From sequence record JN377895.1: 24,000 bases of DNA. One strand, written 5' to 3'. The position numbers and the translations under genes were made by a program. The stretch comes from Aeromonas phage Aes012. Below are positions 15,533 through 23,993 of the stretch, one piece after another; positions within the stretch are counted from its first letter, which is position 1, and every line of letters starts with the position of its first letter. The notes beneath the pieces were generated by a model, which was given only the letters and a program-made list of their open reading frames with translations, was not told where the DNA came from and did no database searches.

Positions 15533-15720
15533 TTCTTCTTCTTTTCCTTCTTAGGAAGGACTTTAGGCCCAGGGGAAATGACTGCGCCAGACGTTTTACC
15601 AGTTGCGATGTTGACAGGGTCTCCTCCAGAATCACCAGCCACAACATCTTCGTCAACCTGTATATCCATATTGACATGATCTTTCTGTTTACCAGAACAC
15701 TCTAGAAATGTTTTCATCAT
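15529..15720 (-). CDS. hypothetical protein with lysine-rich C terminus
   Basis: 63-aa ORF ending in KVLPKKEKKKK; ATGA overlap with the next ORF. Confidence 0.55.
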   Translation of the reverse strand: MMKTFLECSGKQKDHVNMDIQVDEDVVAGDSGGDPVNIATGKTSGAVISPGPKVLPKKEKKKK

Positions 15721-15750
15721 CAGTTTCCTATATAGATGGCCGTTAGGCCA

Positions 15751-17160
15751 TCAGAAATTCATCGTCGCGGCAAGTTCGTCAAGATGTTGTCTTGAGTTAT
15801 TGCCCTTCGTATTGTCAGCTTGTCTCGGAGAAGGCGTATTTGGCGTTCCCGGCCTTGATTGTTCTTCTTCTACATCATACCATCTCTGGTTGCCCTTTTT
15901 AACACCCATTTTGAATTTATTAATCCAATTTTTATCTCCATACCGCGATTTTATCTGCTTCATCAATTGGAGACCCATTTGAGCTAACTCTTCAGTTTCC
16001 ATCACTGCGAGCATAAAATCAGCAGTTGCTGGTAAGCCAGCGGATTCGGCTACATCTGACATGTCGATGTCGGTCGAATCCCATGCAGATCGAGTAGTTT
16101 GAGCACCAGTCCATAGAACAACTTGATGTTGGACAGCCAGGCCACGCAATTCTTCGGCAATAGCTTTTACCAAAGTATACGAGTTCTCAGAGCCTCCACG
16201 AATTCGGGTGGAAGCACAGATACCCAGATAGTCCACAATAACAACATCTGCTTTGAAGTTTTTCTTCAGCTTCAGCTCGTTCAAAAACGCATTGAAATGA
16301 TTGGCATTTGCACCAGAAGTTGGGTATTGCTTGATAATCAAACGACCCATATTTCTGGATTTCAGACGCTCCATCCGAGCTTTATACTCGGCAAAGCTCA
16401 TGTTGCCATCATCTATTTCATCAAGTGTGACGTCAAGCAAGTTGGCATCTATACGTTTGGCAACAACGTGTTCAGCCATCTCCATCGAGAAATAAACGAC
16501 GTTTTTGCCAGTTTGGAGATAATCTGCGGCCAAAGAGCAAAGACCAAGAGATTTACCAACGTTGACGCCTGCCATGATAACGTTTAGCGTGCCAAGTTCT
16601 GCACCGCCCTTGGTTATTTTATTCAGAACATTTGAGATGAACGGGACTTTATTTGCTTTGGATTGATAAAGCATGTAACGTCGTTCATAATCTTCAAACC
16701 AATCATGCCCGATTGAGCCATCAAACGAAATAGCCAACGCTTCTTTCATCAAATCTTCGATTGCGCCAACATCCGGCAATTTCTTATTTCGTTCTTCGAA
16801 TGGTTTGGCTGCATTTTCCTGTATCTCGATTGCCTTAGACAACGCGTTATACATCGCTTGGTCTTTGCAGTAAGATTCAGTTTCTTTAATTAACCAGGCA
16901 TGATCTTCTGGTTTAGAAGACAGACGAGCCAAAACTTCCTTCACACCGTCATGAGTTACTTGATCGATAGATTTTTTGTCAAGTGCAATTGCGAGTGCAG
17001 TTTTGGTTGGGATTGTATTGTACTCATTCACATGTTTTTGAATGAGCTTAAAAATCTCGCGGTAAGGCCCACGGTCGAAATAATCTTCTTTTATGTACGG
17101 GTACGCCGAAATAAAGTACGTATTGTTGAAGAGAAGGTTCTCCAATATTGTTTCAACCAA
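15751..17160 (-). CDS. 41: DnaB-family replicative helicase (gp41)
   Basis: 469 aa; Walker A NVIMAGVNVGKSLGLC, VVYFSMEMAEHVVAKRI, VVIVDYLGICAS; T4 gp41 is 475 aa. Confidence 0.93.
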   Translation of the reverse strand: MVETILENLLFNNTYFISAYPYIKEDYFDRGPYREIFKLIQKHVNEYNTIPTKTALAIALDKKSIDQVTHDGVKEVLARLSSKPEDHAWLIKETESYCKDQAMYNALSKAIEIQENAAKPFEERNKKLPDVGAIEDLMKEALAISFDGSIGHDWFEDYERRYMLYQSKANKVPFISNVLNKITKGGAELGTLNVIMAGVNVGKSLGLCSLAADYLQTGKNVVYFSMEMAEHVVAKRIDANLLDVTLDEIDDGNMSFAEYKARMERLKSRNMGRLIIKQYPTSGANANHFNAFLNELKLKKNFKADVVIVDYLGICASTRIRGGSENSYTLVKAIAEELRGLAVQHQVVLWTGAQTTRSAWDSTDIDMSDVAESAGLPATADFMLAVMETEELAQMGLQLMKQIKSRYGDKNWINKFKMGVKKGNQRWYDVEEEQSRPGTPNTPSPRQADNTKGNNSRQHLDELAATMNF

Positions 17161-17432
17161 TTTTGTGCCTCTTTATCTTTCATAATTTGGTTAATCTGAG
17201 CATTCATAGCTTCATGAACAAGCTGATGAATTTCATCATTTTCATTAACTGCTTTGTAATCTACATGCAGTTTTCCATCATGTATATGAGCATCAAAAAT
17301 ATAAACAAGGTGTGATTTGCCCGATTTGTCGATTATCAGCAGCTCTTGTTTAACGTTTTCCATAGCATGCTGTATAAGAGCATGAGCGTCATTTAAGTTT
17401 TTGGGAGTTTCATCATCAGTTGTAGATGTCAT
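17091..17432 (-). CDS. hypothetical protein in the position of T4 gene 40
   Basis: 113-aa ORF overlapping the 5' end of gene 41; assignment to gp40 is positional only. Confidence 0.5.
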   Translation of the reverse strand: MTSTTDDETPKNLNDAHALIQHAMENVKQELLIIDKSGKSHLVYIFDAHIHDGKLHVDYKAVNENDEIHQLVHEAMNAQINQIMKDKEAQNWLKQYWRTFSSTIRTLFRRTRT

Positions 17433-17455
17433 AAATGTTCCCTTCGTGTGGTGAC

Positions 17456-17464
17456 ATTATATCA
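17456..17464 (-). promoter_or_regulatory. extended -10 promoter element (TGATATAAT)
   Basis: Minus strand GTTGATATAATG, upstream of ORF 17091..17432 and gene 41. Confidence 0.45.
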
Positions 17465-17481
17465 ACCCTATAAAGATTCTA

Positions 17482-17513
17482 AACATAGCGAGCATAATAT
17501 TGCTCGCTATGTT
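17482..17513. repeat. 13-bp perfect inverted repeat, 6-nt spacer
   Basis: AACATAGCGAGCA TAATAT TGCTCGCTATGTT. Confidence 0.9.
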
Positions 17514-17524
17514 GAAATTGAGAA

Positions 17525-18208
17525 TTATTGAGCAATATATTGCTCAATTAGGCCAAAATGTCTTTCATACACGTGGAGCGAGTCCGCAACCCAGTAGATA
17601 TCACCCTTTTCTACCATGATTTCATGGGATTGAAGAGTATCAACCAGTCTAGACAAAACATAATCCTGCCACGCCCAATCATTCCGATAACCGAAAATAG
17701 CGTCATTTGACCTCATATGAACGACTGCATTCAGTTTTCCATCCCGAATCTGGTATTGGACGTTATTGGTGCACATGAAATCGGACATACCATTTGCATT
17801 GTAATCAGTATGCATAGACGGTCGAGTATAAATCATGTTTGCACGACGGGTATATGGATTTTCAATTAGATGTTTGACAACGTTTGCAAACTGATTTCCA
17901 TTTTCTTCGCTGAAAATAGCCCAGCCGTAATTGGAGTTGATCATACCGTTACAATCTGCAACAGCTTCCCAAATTGCAGGGGTTTTACCTGGAATATCAG
18001 CAACATAACGAGATTGACTCAAATACCAAGACAACTCTCGCTCAATATAATCGTGATTGAGTTTACCGAAAATTAGGTCTTCATCGGCCTTAAACATAAC
18101 TGGAGCAATTTCGACAGTTTTAACCCCGGATTTGTCAGTAACAAATTCATTTGATTTGTATTTTGACACCATGATGTCACGAATATCTTGAACAGTCATA
18201 TAACGCAT
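17525..18208 (-). CDS. 42: dCMP hydroxymethylase (gp42, thymidylate-synthase fold)
   Basis: 227 aa; GVKTVEIAPVMFKADEDLIFGKLNHDYIERELSWY, NSNYGWAIFSEENG, RRANMIYTRPSMHTDYNANGMSDFMCTNNVQYQIRD, SLHVYERHF. Confidence 0.92.
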   Translation of the reverse strand: MRYMTVQDIRDIMVSKYKSNEFVTDKSGVKTVEIAPVMFKADEDLIFGKLNHDYIERELSWYLSQSRYVADIPGKTPAIWEAVADCNGMINSNYGWAIFSEENGNQFANVVKHLIENPYTRRANMIYTRPSMHTDYNANGMSDFMCTNNVQYQIRDGKLNAVVHMRSNDAIFGYRNDWAWQDYVLSRLVDTLQSHEIMVEKGDIYWVADSLHVYERHFGLIEQYIAQ

Positions 18209-18217
18209 ACTATTTCC

Positions 18218-19393
18218 TCAAATATCAAACATGTCAAACAGATTATTCCTAAATTCATAATCCGTTTTCGTAGCTTCGCAAATTGAAGCAAGGGGTTTAA
18301 CAAATGTCTTTTCAAACAGCTTGTTAATATCCATAAACTTCAAAACATCGGCTTCTACGACAGGTGGAATTTGTGTTCCTGACGGCCAAGCAAAACACGC
18401 TTCATTGAATGGATTGCGATCACGAAGAGGAATAACCATTACCTTTTCGCCTTCAACAATCTCTGGAATTGATTGGTCAGTTTTTGCAATCCGATTATAT
18501 GCAAGGGCTCCTTTCACATGATATGGAGCTCCTTTAATTGGATATCCTGCCGAATCCGCGTTTTTGGCGATATTATTCGCAGAAGACACTGCGGCAATCT
18601 CTTGATAATCGATCGTTTTGAATTCATTCTTGAATTGAATGAAATAATTTTGCAAAGAAGATTCACCTTCTTGCAACAACCGACGAATTGACTCTTTTAG
18701 CGATTTTTGACAAGCCAAAGGTGTGGATGATCGTTGAGTTTCCAAACCCATGATTTTAAGATGCGGTTCTGCGTATCGAGTGCCTTCCATGTCATAGACA
18801 TTTAGTGCATATCGTTTCTTACCAGTCCAGAACCCACCAATCCCATCTGAACCAAGTGGAGCTCCAAAAATAGCTTCACGATCCATCAACAAAAGGTGAT
18901 GATCGTTATTCATATATTGCTCCAATTCTTTGTAAGACTCGTCAATATACGGTTCAAGTTTCTTTTGGCCGAGATTATCCAAGAAATCAATTAGATGATT
19001 TGTGTCCCGAAATTTATCGATACCTACCTTATTAACTACTGCTTCCATGTTCAGATACACTGAGTCAGTATCAATGTAACACACATAGTCGACACCAGTC
19101 GTTTTAACAAGATTGTTGATGTATTCGTTCAGTTTGCGCTCAATCCAACGGATTGCCAATTGACCGTAAGTTGTAATAGCTTCAGCATTTCGCAAATCAT
19201 AGAATCGGAAGAAGTTGTTACCAAGAGCACCATAAAGAGAGTTAATCAAAATCTTTCGGTTTAATTGGTTAGTATTTCGTTTTTGCTCTTCTTTTTCACA
19301 TCTAGCTATTACTAGTTCCAGTTCTTCGTTGGAAAGAGTATTGAGATATTTTATCTCATCCTCTGTAAAATCGCGGTAAAGTTCTAGTTCCAT
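18218..19393 (-). CDS. 43B: DNA polymerase, C-terminal part (43B; family-B motifs B and C, thumb)
   Basis: NTNQLNRKILINSLYGALGN (motif B), YIDTDSVY (motif C); ATG 19393 with GAGGG upstream; ORF open to TTG at 19450. Confidence 0.93.
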   Translation of the reverse strand: MELELYRDFTEDEIKYLNTLSNEELELVIARCEKEEQKRNTNQLNRKILINSLYGALGNNFFRFYDLRNAEAITTYGQLAIRWIERKLNEYINNLVKTTGVDYVCYIDTDSVYLNMEAVVNKVGIDKFRDTNHLIDFLDNLGQKKLEPYIDESYKELEQYMNNDHHLLLMDREAIFGAPLGSDGIGGFWTGKKRYALNVYDMEGTRYAEPHLKIMGLETQRSSTPLACQKSLKESIRRLLQEGESSLQNYFIQFKNEFKTIDYQEIAAVSSANNIAKNADSAGYPIKGAPYHVKGALAYNRIAKTDQSIPEIVEGEKVMVIPLRDRNPFNEACFAWPSGTQIPPVVEADVLKFMDINKLFEKTFVKPLASICEATKTDYEFRNNLFDMFDI

Positions 19394-19405
19394 TATAATC
19401 CCTCT

Positions 19406-19441
19406 ATCACACAGGACTATTTTATCATAGTCCTGTGTGAT
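19406..19441. repeat. 14-bp perfect inverted repeat at the 43A/43B junction
   Basis: ATCACACAGGACTA-8nt-TAGTCCTGTGTGAT. Confidence 0.95.
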
Positions 19442-19446
19442 GTTAA

Positions 19447-20943
19447 TCAATGCTCTGATTTAATTCCACGAGAAGCCAGAATTTTCTTAATTGCTTCCTG
19501 ATTTCGAATTGCAGCTAGCATCATCTTTTTCTCAGATTTACGTTGAAGAAATACTTTTTCAGTTTCAGTTGGCAGTACCCCAGTGACTCCTTTTTTATAC
19601 ATCATACCGTTCGGCGCGCAACTGAATTCATCTGAGGGTTTAGGCGCAACGCCAGATATATAGTCTTCAATCCTTGCAGGAGAAAACATCCCTGCGATCA
19701 TCTCAGGACTAATGTTCAACAATCTGAGGATAGACGGATACAAAGATGTCAAGTCAAAGCTCATACCATATCGATATGCACCGGGAACAGGTTCTTTTAC
19801 GTATGCCCCAGGGAAACTTTGCTTTGGACTAGCTTTCATCATCGGAATAACTACATTTTTCTCAACAAGCGAATTGAAAATGATAGAATCCCAAACTTTA
19901 ATAGTTCCTAATACGTCCTCGAAACGAATTTTCGCGTAATAACAAAGAGACAGAATAAGATCAATAAAGCATCGACGACCATCAATCAACAGAATAATAT
20001 CCGTATCTCGCACACAGTAATCGACATATCGTTGGTGATCTGCTGCTCGGAACTTATTAATTGGGCCGTCATATTCCAATTTGTCTGCTTTAACTTCGCG
20101 ATATCCAACGTTACCTAGCTTGTAGTCAGGCATAACAGTGAAACTGAACTTTTTGAAAACATCCATATAATCCATCAGTGCAACACCATGGATACGATAG
20201 ATCGTTTTTTCGCCGTACATGTTTGTAATTGTTTTTGAGCTAATCTTGCCGTATGGGCTTAATTGGTTAGCTGCACTTTCACCCAAGATGTTGATAATTC
20301 GAGTGATAATGTACGGAATATCGAAACCTTCACTGTTCCAACCAAACACCAAATCGGGTGTAGATGATTTCCATAGTTGAATATAATTGAGAAGAAGATC
20401 GATTTCAGTGTCGAATGGCATGTAAACGACATTGTCAAGAATGTATTTGTCTAGAACAGACTTAGATGGGTCCCAATGGCCTACATCTTTAACAAGGTCA
20501 AAAATGTAATATGTCTTTTTGCCCTCATGCAAACGCACATGGGAAATCATGTCGATTTCATATTTTGCAAATTTGGGATCAGGGAATTCTGGAGCCGTTA
20601 CTTCGATATCGACGACGTCGATAATGACATTGTCACGATCAAAATCAATAACTCCGCGATAATTATCGGAGATGTAGGAAATACAATAGTCGTCCATGCC
20701 CATGGCATCTTGGCCAATTTCGGCCATTCGTTTTTGCCATTGCTTTGCTTCCCAAATATTTTCATGCTTCTTTGGTACACAAAAACGCCCATAGATGTCT
20801 TTGTGCTTTGTCTCTACACCTGGGGCGGCATGATGAAAGAGTGTTGGCTGATAATTTGTTTTTCGCGATAGTCTTACACCGTCTTTAACATAACGCTCAA
20901 AAATGGTATTTCCAATAACTTCGATGTTCGTGTAATGCTGCAT
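19447..20943 (-). CDS. 43A: DNA polymerase, N-terminal part (43A; exonuclease domain and motif A)
   Basis: 498 aa; DIEVTAPEFPDP (ExoI), SFDLTSLYPSILR (motif A), PSDEFSCAPNGMMYKKGVTGVLPTE. Confidence 0.93.
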   Translation of the reverse strand: MQHYTNIEVIGNTIFERYVKDGVRLSRKTNYQPTLFHHAAPGVETKHKDIYGRFCVPKKHENIWEAKQWQKRMAEIGQDAMGMDDYCISYISDNYRGVIDFDRDNVIIDVVDIEVTAPEFPDPKFAKYEIDMISHVRLHEGKKTYYIFDLVKDVGHWDPSKSVLDKYILDNVVYMPFDTEIDLLLNYIQLWKSSTPDLVFGWNSEGFDIPYIITRIINILGESAANQLSPYGKISSKTITNMYGEKTIYRIHGVALMDYMDVFKKFSFTVMPDYKLGNVGYREVKADKLEYDGPINKFRAADHQRYVDYCVRDTDIILLIDGRRCFIDLILSLCYYAKIRFEDVLGTIKVWDSIIFNSLVEKNVVIPMMKASPKQSFPGAYVKEPVPGAYRYGMSFDLTSLYPSILRLLNISPEMIAGMFSPARIEDYISGVAPKPSDEFSCAPNGMMYKKGVTGVLPTETEKVFLQRKSEKKMMLAAIRNQEAIKKILASRGIKSEH

Positions 20944-20956
20944 AATATGTCCTTCT

Positions 20957-20980
20957 AAATGGCCTCTGTTGAGGCCATTT
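20957..20980 (-). promoter_or_regulatory. 10-bp hairpin in the 43A leader
   Basis: Minus strand AAATGGCCTC AACA GAGGCCATTT followed by AGAAGGACATATTATG (SD and start). Confidence 0.7.
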
Positions 20981-20982
20981 CA

Positions 20983-21339
20983 TTAACCAAATTTATACTT
21001 CGCGATAAGTTGCCATTCGCCCTTTTGCTTGTGGCTAATAACTCTAAAATTATTGTGAGATGACAATTCAATAGGAGTTAGTATTTTACACAAATTCCAT
21101 GACTGAAGCAATGAAGCAATGTTATTTCGTCTAGAAATATCTTCTTCGGAAATTGATACTGGTAGACCATCTAGTTTCAGCATTTCCTTGAAGTGAACAA
21201 TGAAATATTTGCCTTGCTTTTGAAGAATATGACAGCTTTGATAAAGTTTCTTTTCTTTATTAGAAGCAATGCCAATTCGTGTCAGTGTTTCAGCAATTTT
21301 CAGAAAATCATCAGGATGATTGATATCGATTTGGATCAT
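20983..21339 (-). CDS. regA: RegA translational repressor
   Basis: 118 aa; LTRIGIASNKEKKLYQSCHILQKQGKYFIVHFKEMLKLDG ... NNFRVISHKQKGEWQLIAKYKFG. Confidence 0.95.
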   Translation of the reverse strand: MIQIDINHPDDFLKIAETLTRIGIASNKEKKLYQSCHILQKQGKYFIVHFKEMLKLDGLPVSISEEDISRRNNIASLLQSWNLCKILTPIELSSHNNFRVISHKQKGEWQLIAKYKFG

Positions 21340-21348
21340 AAGAAAACC

Positions 21349-21921
21349 TTAGAATTTTTTAGCCAACTTAAGCATTTGTGTTTGATCTTTTGCTGTTTTC
21401 GCAACAGTTTTAACAAATGCTGGAGTTACAATAAATTTGTGATTTTTCAGAAAATCATTCAAAGTGTTTCGTCTTTGCATGATTTGCATATACATCTTTG
21501 CGGTGTGCAAATCAACGTTATTCGCTGCTTGTATAACGGCAATATAAAGCTTTTCGTTGATTGATTCATCTAGTTTAGGCCATTTGCCGTAAATCTTGCC
21601 TTTTCTTACAGATGACACCAGGTAATTGTATTGTGCTTGGGCCGGCAATGCTGACAGAAGATTCATGACGTATGCCGAATACAGTGTTTCGGCATGCATC
21701 GAAAGAGCATTATTGATAAACCATGCCGGATAATCACTATTTGATACACATCTTTCCGTTTTGGTGTAAGTGATATCATCCAGCAATGCGAATGCATTGT
21801 TTTCGGCAGGTTCTTTGAACGAATCAGCTAATGCTGATACGGCATCCCAATCTTTCGATTTCCAAGCAATTTCGTGCTCATTAAGTTGCTCATCATCACC
21901 CATAAGGAAATTCAAATTCAT
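21349..21921 (-). CDS. 62: clamp-loader small subunit (gp62)
   Basis: ATG 21921 (MNLNFLMGDDEQL) with SD TAAGGAG; located between 44 and regA as in T4. Confidence 0.85.
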   Translation of the reverse strand: MNLNFLMGDDEQLNEHEIAWKSKDWDAVSALADSFKEPAENNAFALLDDITYTKTERCVSNSDYPAWFINNALSMHAETLYSAYVMNLLSALPAQAQYNYLVSSVRKGKIYGKWPKLDESINEKLYIAVIQAANNVDLHTAKMYMQIMQRRNTLNDFLKNHKFIVTPAFVKTVAKTAKDQTQMLKLAKKF

Positions 21922-21931
21922 ATCGAACTCC

Positions 21932-22897
21932 TTACAGCCAGTTACCATGGAATTCTACGGCAAGCTGAACGAACATATATTGAACATGAATCTCGATATT
22001 TGCAGCTTGGCCAAACAGTTGATTGTTTTCACCGATAATTTCGTACATGCGAATTTTTGCCGGGCCATTGACGAGCGGGTACAATGCATTACACAGACGT
22101 TCAACAAAACCAGCGTAATCAGTCGTGTATTGGCCGGCCATTGCACGAAGCGATTTCAAATCTTTAGCTTTAAGTGCATCAATGACTTGTTCGATATCGT
22201 TGCGGGTATTGAGAACCAGACTCAGAATACCGCTGTCAATTTTACCTTCAGATGCATAGAAATCCATCTCGTTGACAGTTTTGCGGAAATCAGGGAAGTT
22301 CTTTTTAACCAAAGCGGCAATAACTTTGCGATCTTCAACTTCGATATTTTCAGCATCACAAATTGCTTCGGCACGAACAATCATCTGTTTCATCATATTG
22401 ACTTTATCAGATTGATCGGCTTTACCAAATTGAATAACACGACACCGTGATTGAAGTGCTGGAATAATTCCACCCAAATCATTCGCAGTAATGATGAATG
22501 TGCAATTTTTGGAATGAGCTTCCATGAATGAGCGAAGATGACGCTGAGAATCCGCAAGACCTGCTCGATCGAATTCATCGATGATAATTACTTTTCCACC
22601 TGCTGCCATAGTTTTAGAGCTTGCAAATGGGGTCATAACATCGCGAACAAAATCAATTTTTGCGTCTGCGCCGTTAACGAACAGAAACTCGGCTTCAACT
22701 TCTGATACCAGAGCTTTGGCGACGGTAGTTTTACCTGTGCCTGGGGAAGGAGAATGAAGAATAATGTTGGGGATACGACCAGATTTGACAATAGATTTGA
22801 AAATCTTTTTGTCATATTCTGGCAAAATGCATTCATCGATTGTTCCTGGGCGATATTTGTTTTCAAACATGAATTCGCCGGCATTAACTGTCAACAT
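21932..22897 (-). CDS. 44: clamp-loader AAA+ large subunit (gp44)
   Basis: 321 aa; ENKYRPGTIDECILPEYDK, HSPSPGTGKTTVAKAL, KVIIIDEFDRAGLADSQRHLRSFME, LQSRCRVIQFG. Confidence 0.97.
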   Translation of the reverse strand: MLTVNAGEFMFENKYRPGTIDECILPEYDKKIFKSIVKSGRIPNIILHSPSPGTGKTTVAKALVSEVEAEFLFVNGADAKIDFVRDVMTPFASSKTMAAGGKVIIIDEFDRAGLADSQRHLRSFMEAHSKNCTFIITANDLGGIIPALQSRCRVIQFGKADQSDKVNMMKQMIVRAEAICDAENIEVEDRKVIAALVKKNFPDFRKTVNEMDFYASEGKIDSGILSLVLNTRNDIEQVIDALKAKDLKSLRAMAGQYTTDYAGFVERLCNALYPLVNGPAKIRMYEIIGENNQLFGQAANIEIHVQYMFVQLAVEFHGNWL

Positions 22898-22919
22898 ATT
22901 AAAATTCCTCTCAAAAGAA

Positions 22920-22936
22920 AGCGGGCTTTTACACCC
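22920..22936 (-). terminator. weak intercistronic terminator/attenuator-like hairpin between 45 and 44
   Basis: Minus strand GCGGG TGTAAAAG CCCGC TTTCTTTTG. Confidence 0.4.
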
Positions 22937-22938
22937 GC

Positions 22939-22947
22939 ATTATATCA
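22939..22947 (-). promoter_or_regulatory. extended -10 promoter element (TGATATAAT) upstream of gene 44
   Basis: TGnTATAAT match between 45 and 44. Confidence 0.5.
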
Positions 22948-22959
22948 CACCAGGATTTA

Positions 22960-23631
22960 TTAGAAGTCGTGCTTTGAAGATGTTTCAAGGACAAATACGT
23001 ATGCAGTATTGATTCCTTGGAATTGAGCAGCGCCCTTAGAAGAAATATTGATTTTGTAATCGGCAATAACGACACTGACGTTTTCAAGGTTGATAACGAA
23101 GCTGAAGTTGTTGGTGCCTTCATACGGACAGACTGTCAAAGAATATCGGGTTCGTGCATTATCACCGTCTTCGACTGCAAATGCATCAATAACGATATGG
23201 TCATTGCGATTAGTAATCGCGATGCGGTCTGCACCAACGGCTCGAGAGATTTTGAGAATTTCTGCTAAATCTTCGGCTTTCAGGTCAAACTCTACATCAG
23301 CCGGTGGCATACGCAGCCGTTGCTTCGGAACCACGATGACTGAAGATTCAGCATCAGGCAGATTTACTTTTGCACGACCATTTTGGATGACAATTTCCCC
23401 GTTTGAGAGATTGATTTCAGAACCTTCACCCAGTTGACCAAGAATTGACAGGAAGTTAGGAAGGTCATAGATGTTCAGCTCGGAATCAATTTCATCAGCG
23501 ATTGTAGCTTCAGCGTATGCAACACCATTTACCGACTTGGTCATGATGAAATTACCAGGGGTAAGTCGCAGAGATGGGTTGATAGCTGCAAAATTCTTCA
23601 TTACGGACAGAGTTTCTTTTGTAAGTTTCAT
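22960..23631 (-). CDS. 45: sliding clamp (gp45)
   Basis: 223 aa; MKLTKETLSVMKNFAAINPSLRLTPGNFIMTKSVNGVAYAEATI; syntenic position. Confidence 0.92.
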   Translation of the reverse strand: MKLTKETLSVMKNFAAINPSLRLTPGNFIMTKSVNGVAYAEATIADEIDSELNIYDLPNFLSILGQLGEGSEINLSNGEIVIQNGRAKVNLPDAESSVIVVPKQRLRMPPADVEFDLKAEDLAEILKISRAVGADRIAITNRNDHIVIDAFAVEDGDNARTRYSLTVCPYEGTNNFSFVINLENVSVVIADYKINISSKGAAQFQGINTAYVFVLETSSKHDF

Positions 23632-23684
23632 TTCATATTCCTTTCAGTATTTGAAATATTATAACACAACTACGATATAGCTTA

Positions 23685-23993
23685 TTAGTAATCTGCCATG
23701 ACTGTCTGAGCAGCTTGAATAATCAATTCGTCAGTGTCGTATTGGAACTGTTTGGCAAGTACTTTTTTGTCATTCATTCCTTTAACATGATACCCGCCAT
23801 TGGCCAGAATGCTTTCTCGCCGGCGTACGAGCAAATCGATATACACGTCTCGAACCATTTTGTCGATTTCAGCATATAGCTCGAACCGAAGTTTCTGTTC
23901 AAGAGCTTGCAGTTGGTTTGCACGAATATCGCTGATAAATGATACCCAGGCTTTTCGGATTTTAACAGAATTTTCAAACACGTTATCGCTCAT
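23685..23993 (-). CDS. rpbA: RpbA-like RNA polymerase binding protein (mainly by synteny)
   Basis: 102-aa ORF directly upstream of gene 45, the position of rpbA in T4. Confidence 0.5.
   Translation of the reverse strand: MSDNVFENSVKIRKAWVSFISDIRANQLQALEQKLRFELYAEIDKMVRDVYIDLLVRRRESILANGGYHVKGMNDKKVLAKQFQYDTDELIIQAAQTVMADY

Noticed and set aside
19393-19450. 43B starting at TTG 19450 (MINITQDYDKIVLCDRGII...)
   Set aside because: This would translate the entire 14-bp hairpin from a weak TTG with poor SD. ATG 19393 has a GAGGG ribosome-binding site and begins at the homologous region. Kept only as part of the junction finding.
680-23977. All plus-strand ORFs in the track (for example 1921..2442, 9546..10022, 11373..11861, 21770..22450)
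   Set aside because: Each is antisense to a well-supported minus-strand gene, lacks recognisable protein motifs or a consistent Shine-Dalgarno context, and is best explained as a shadow ORF.
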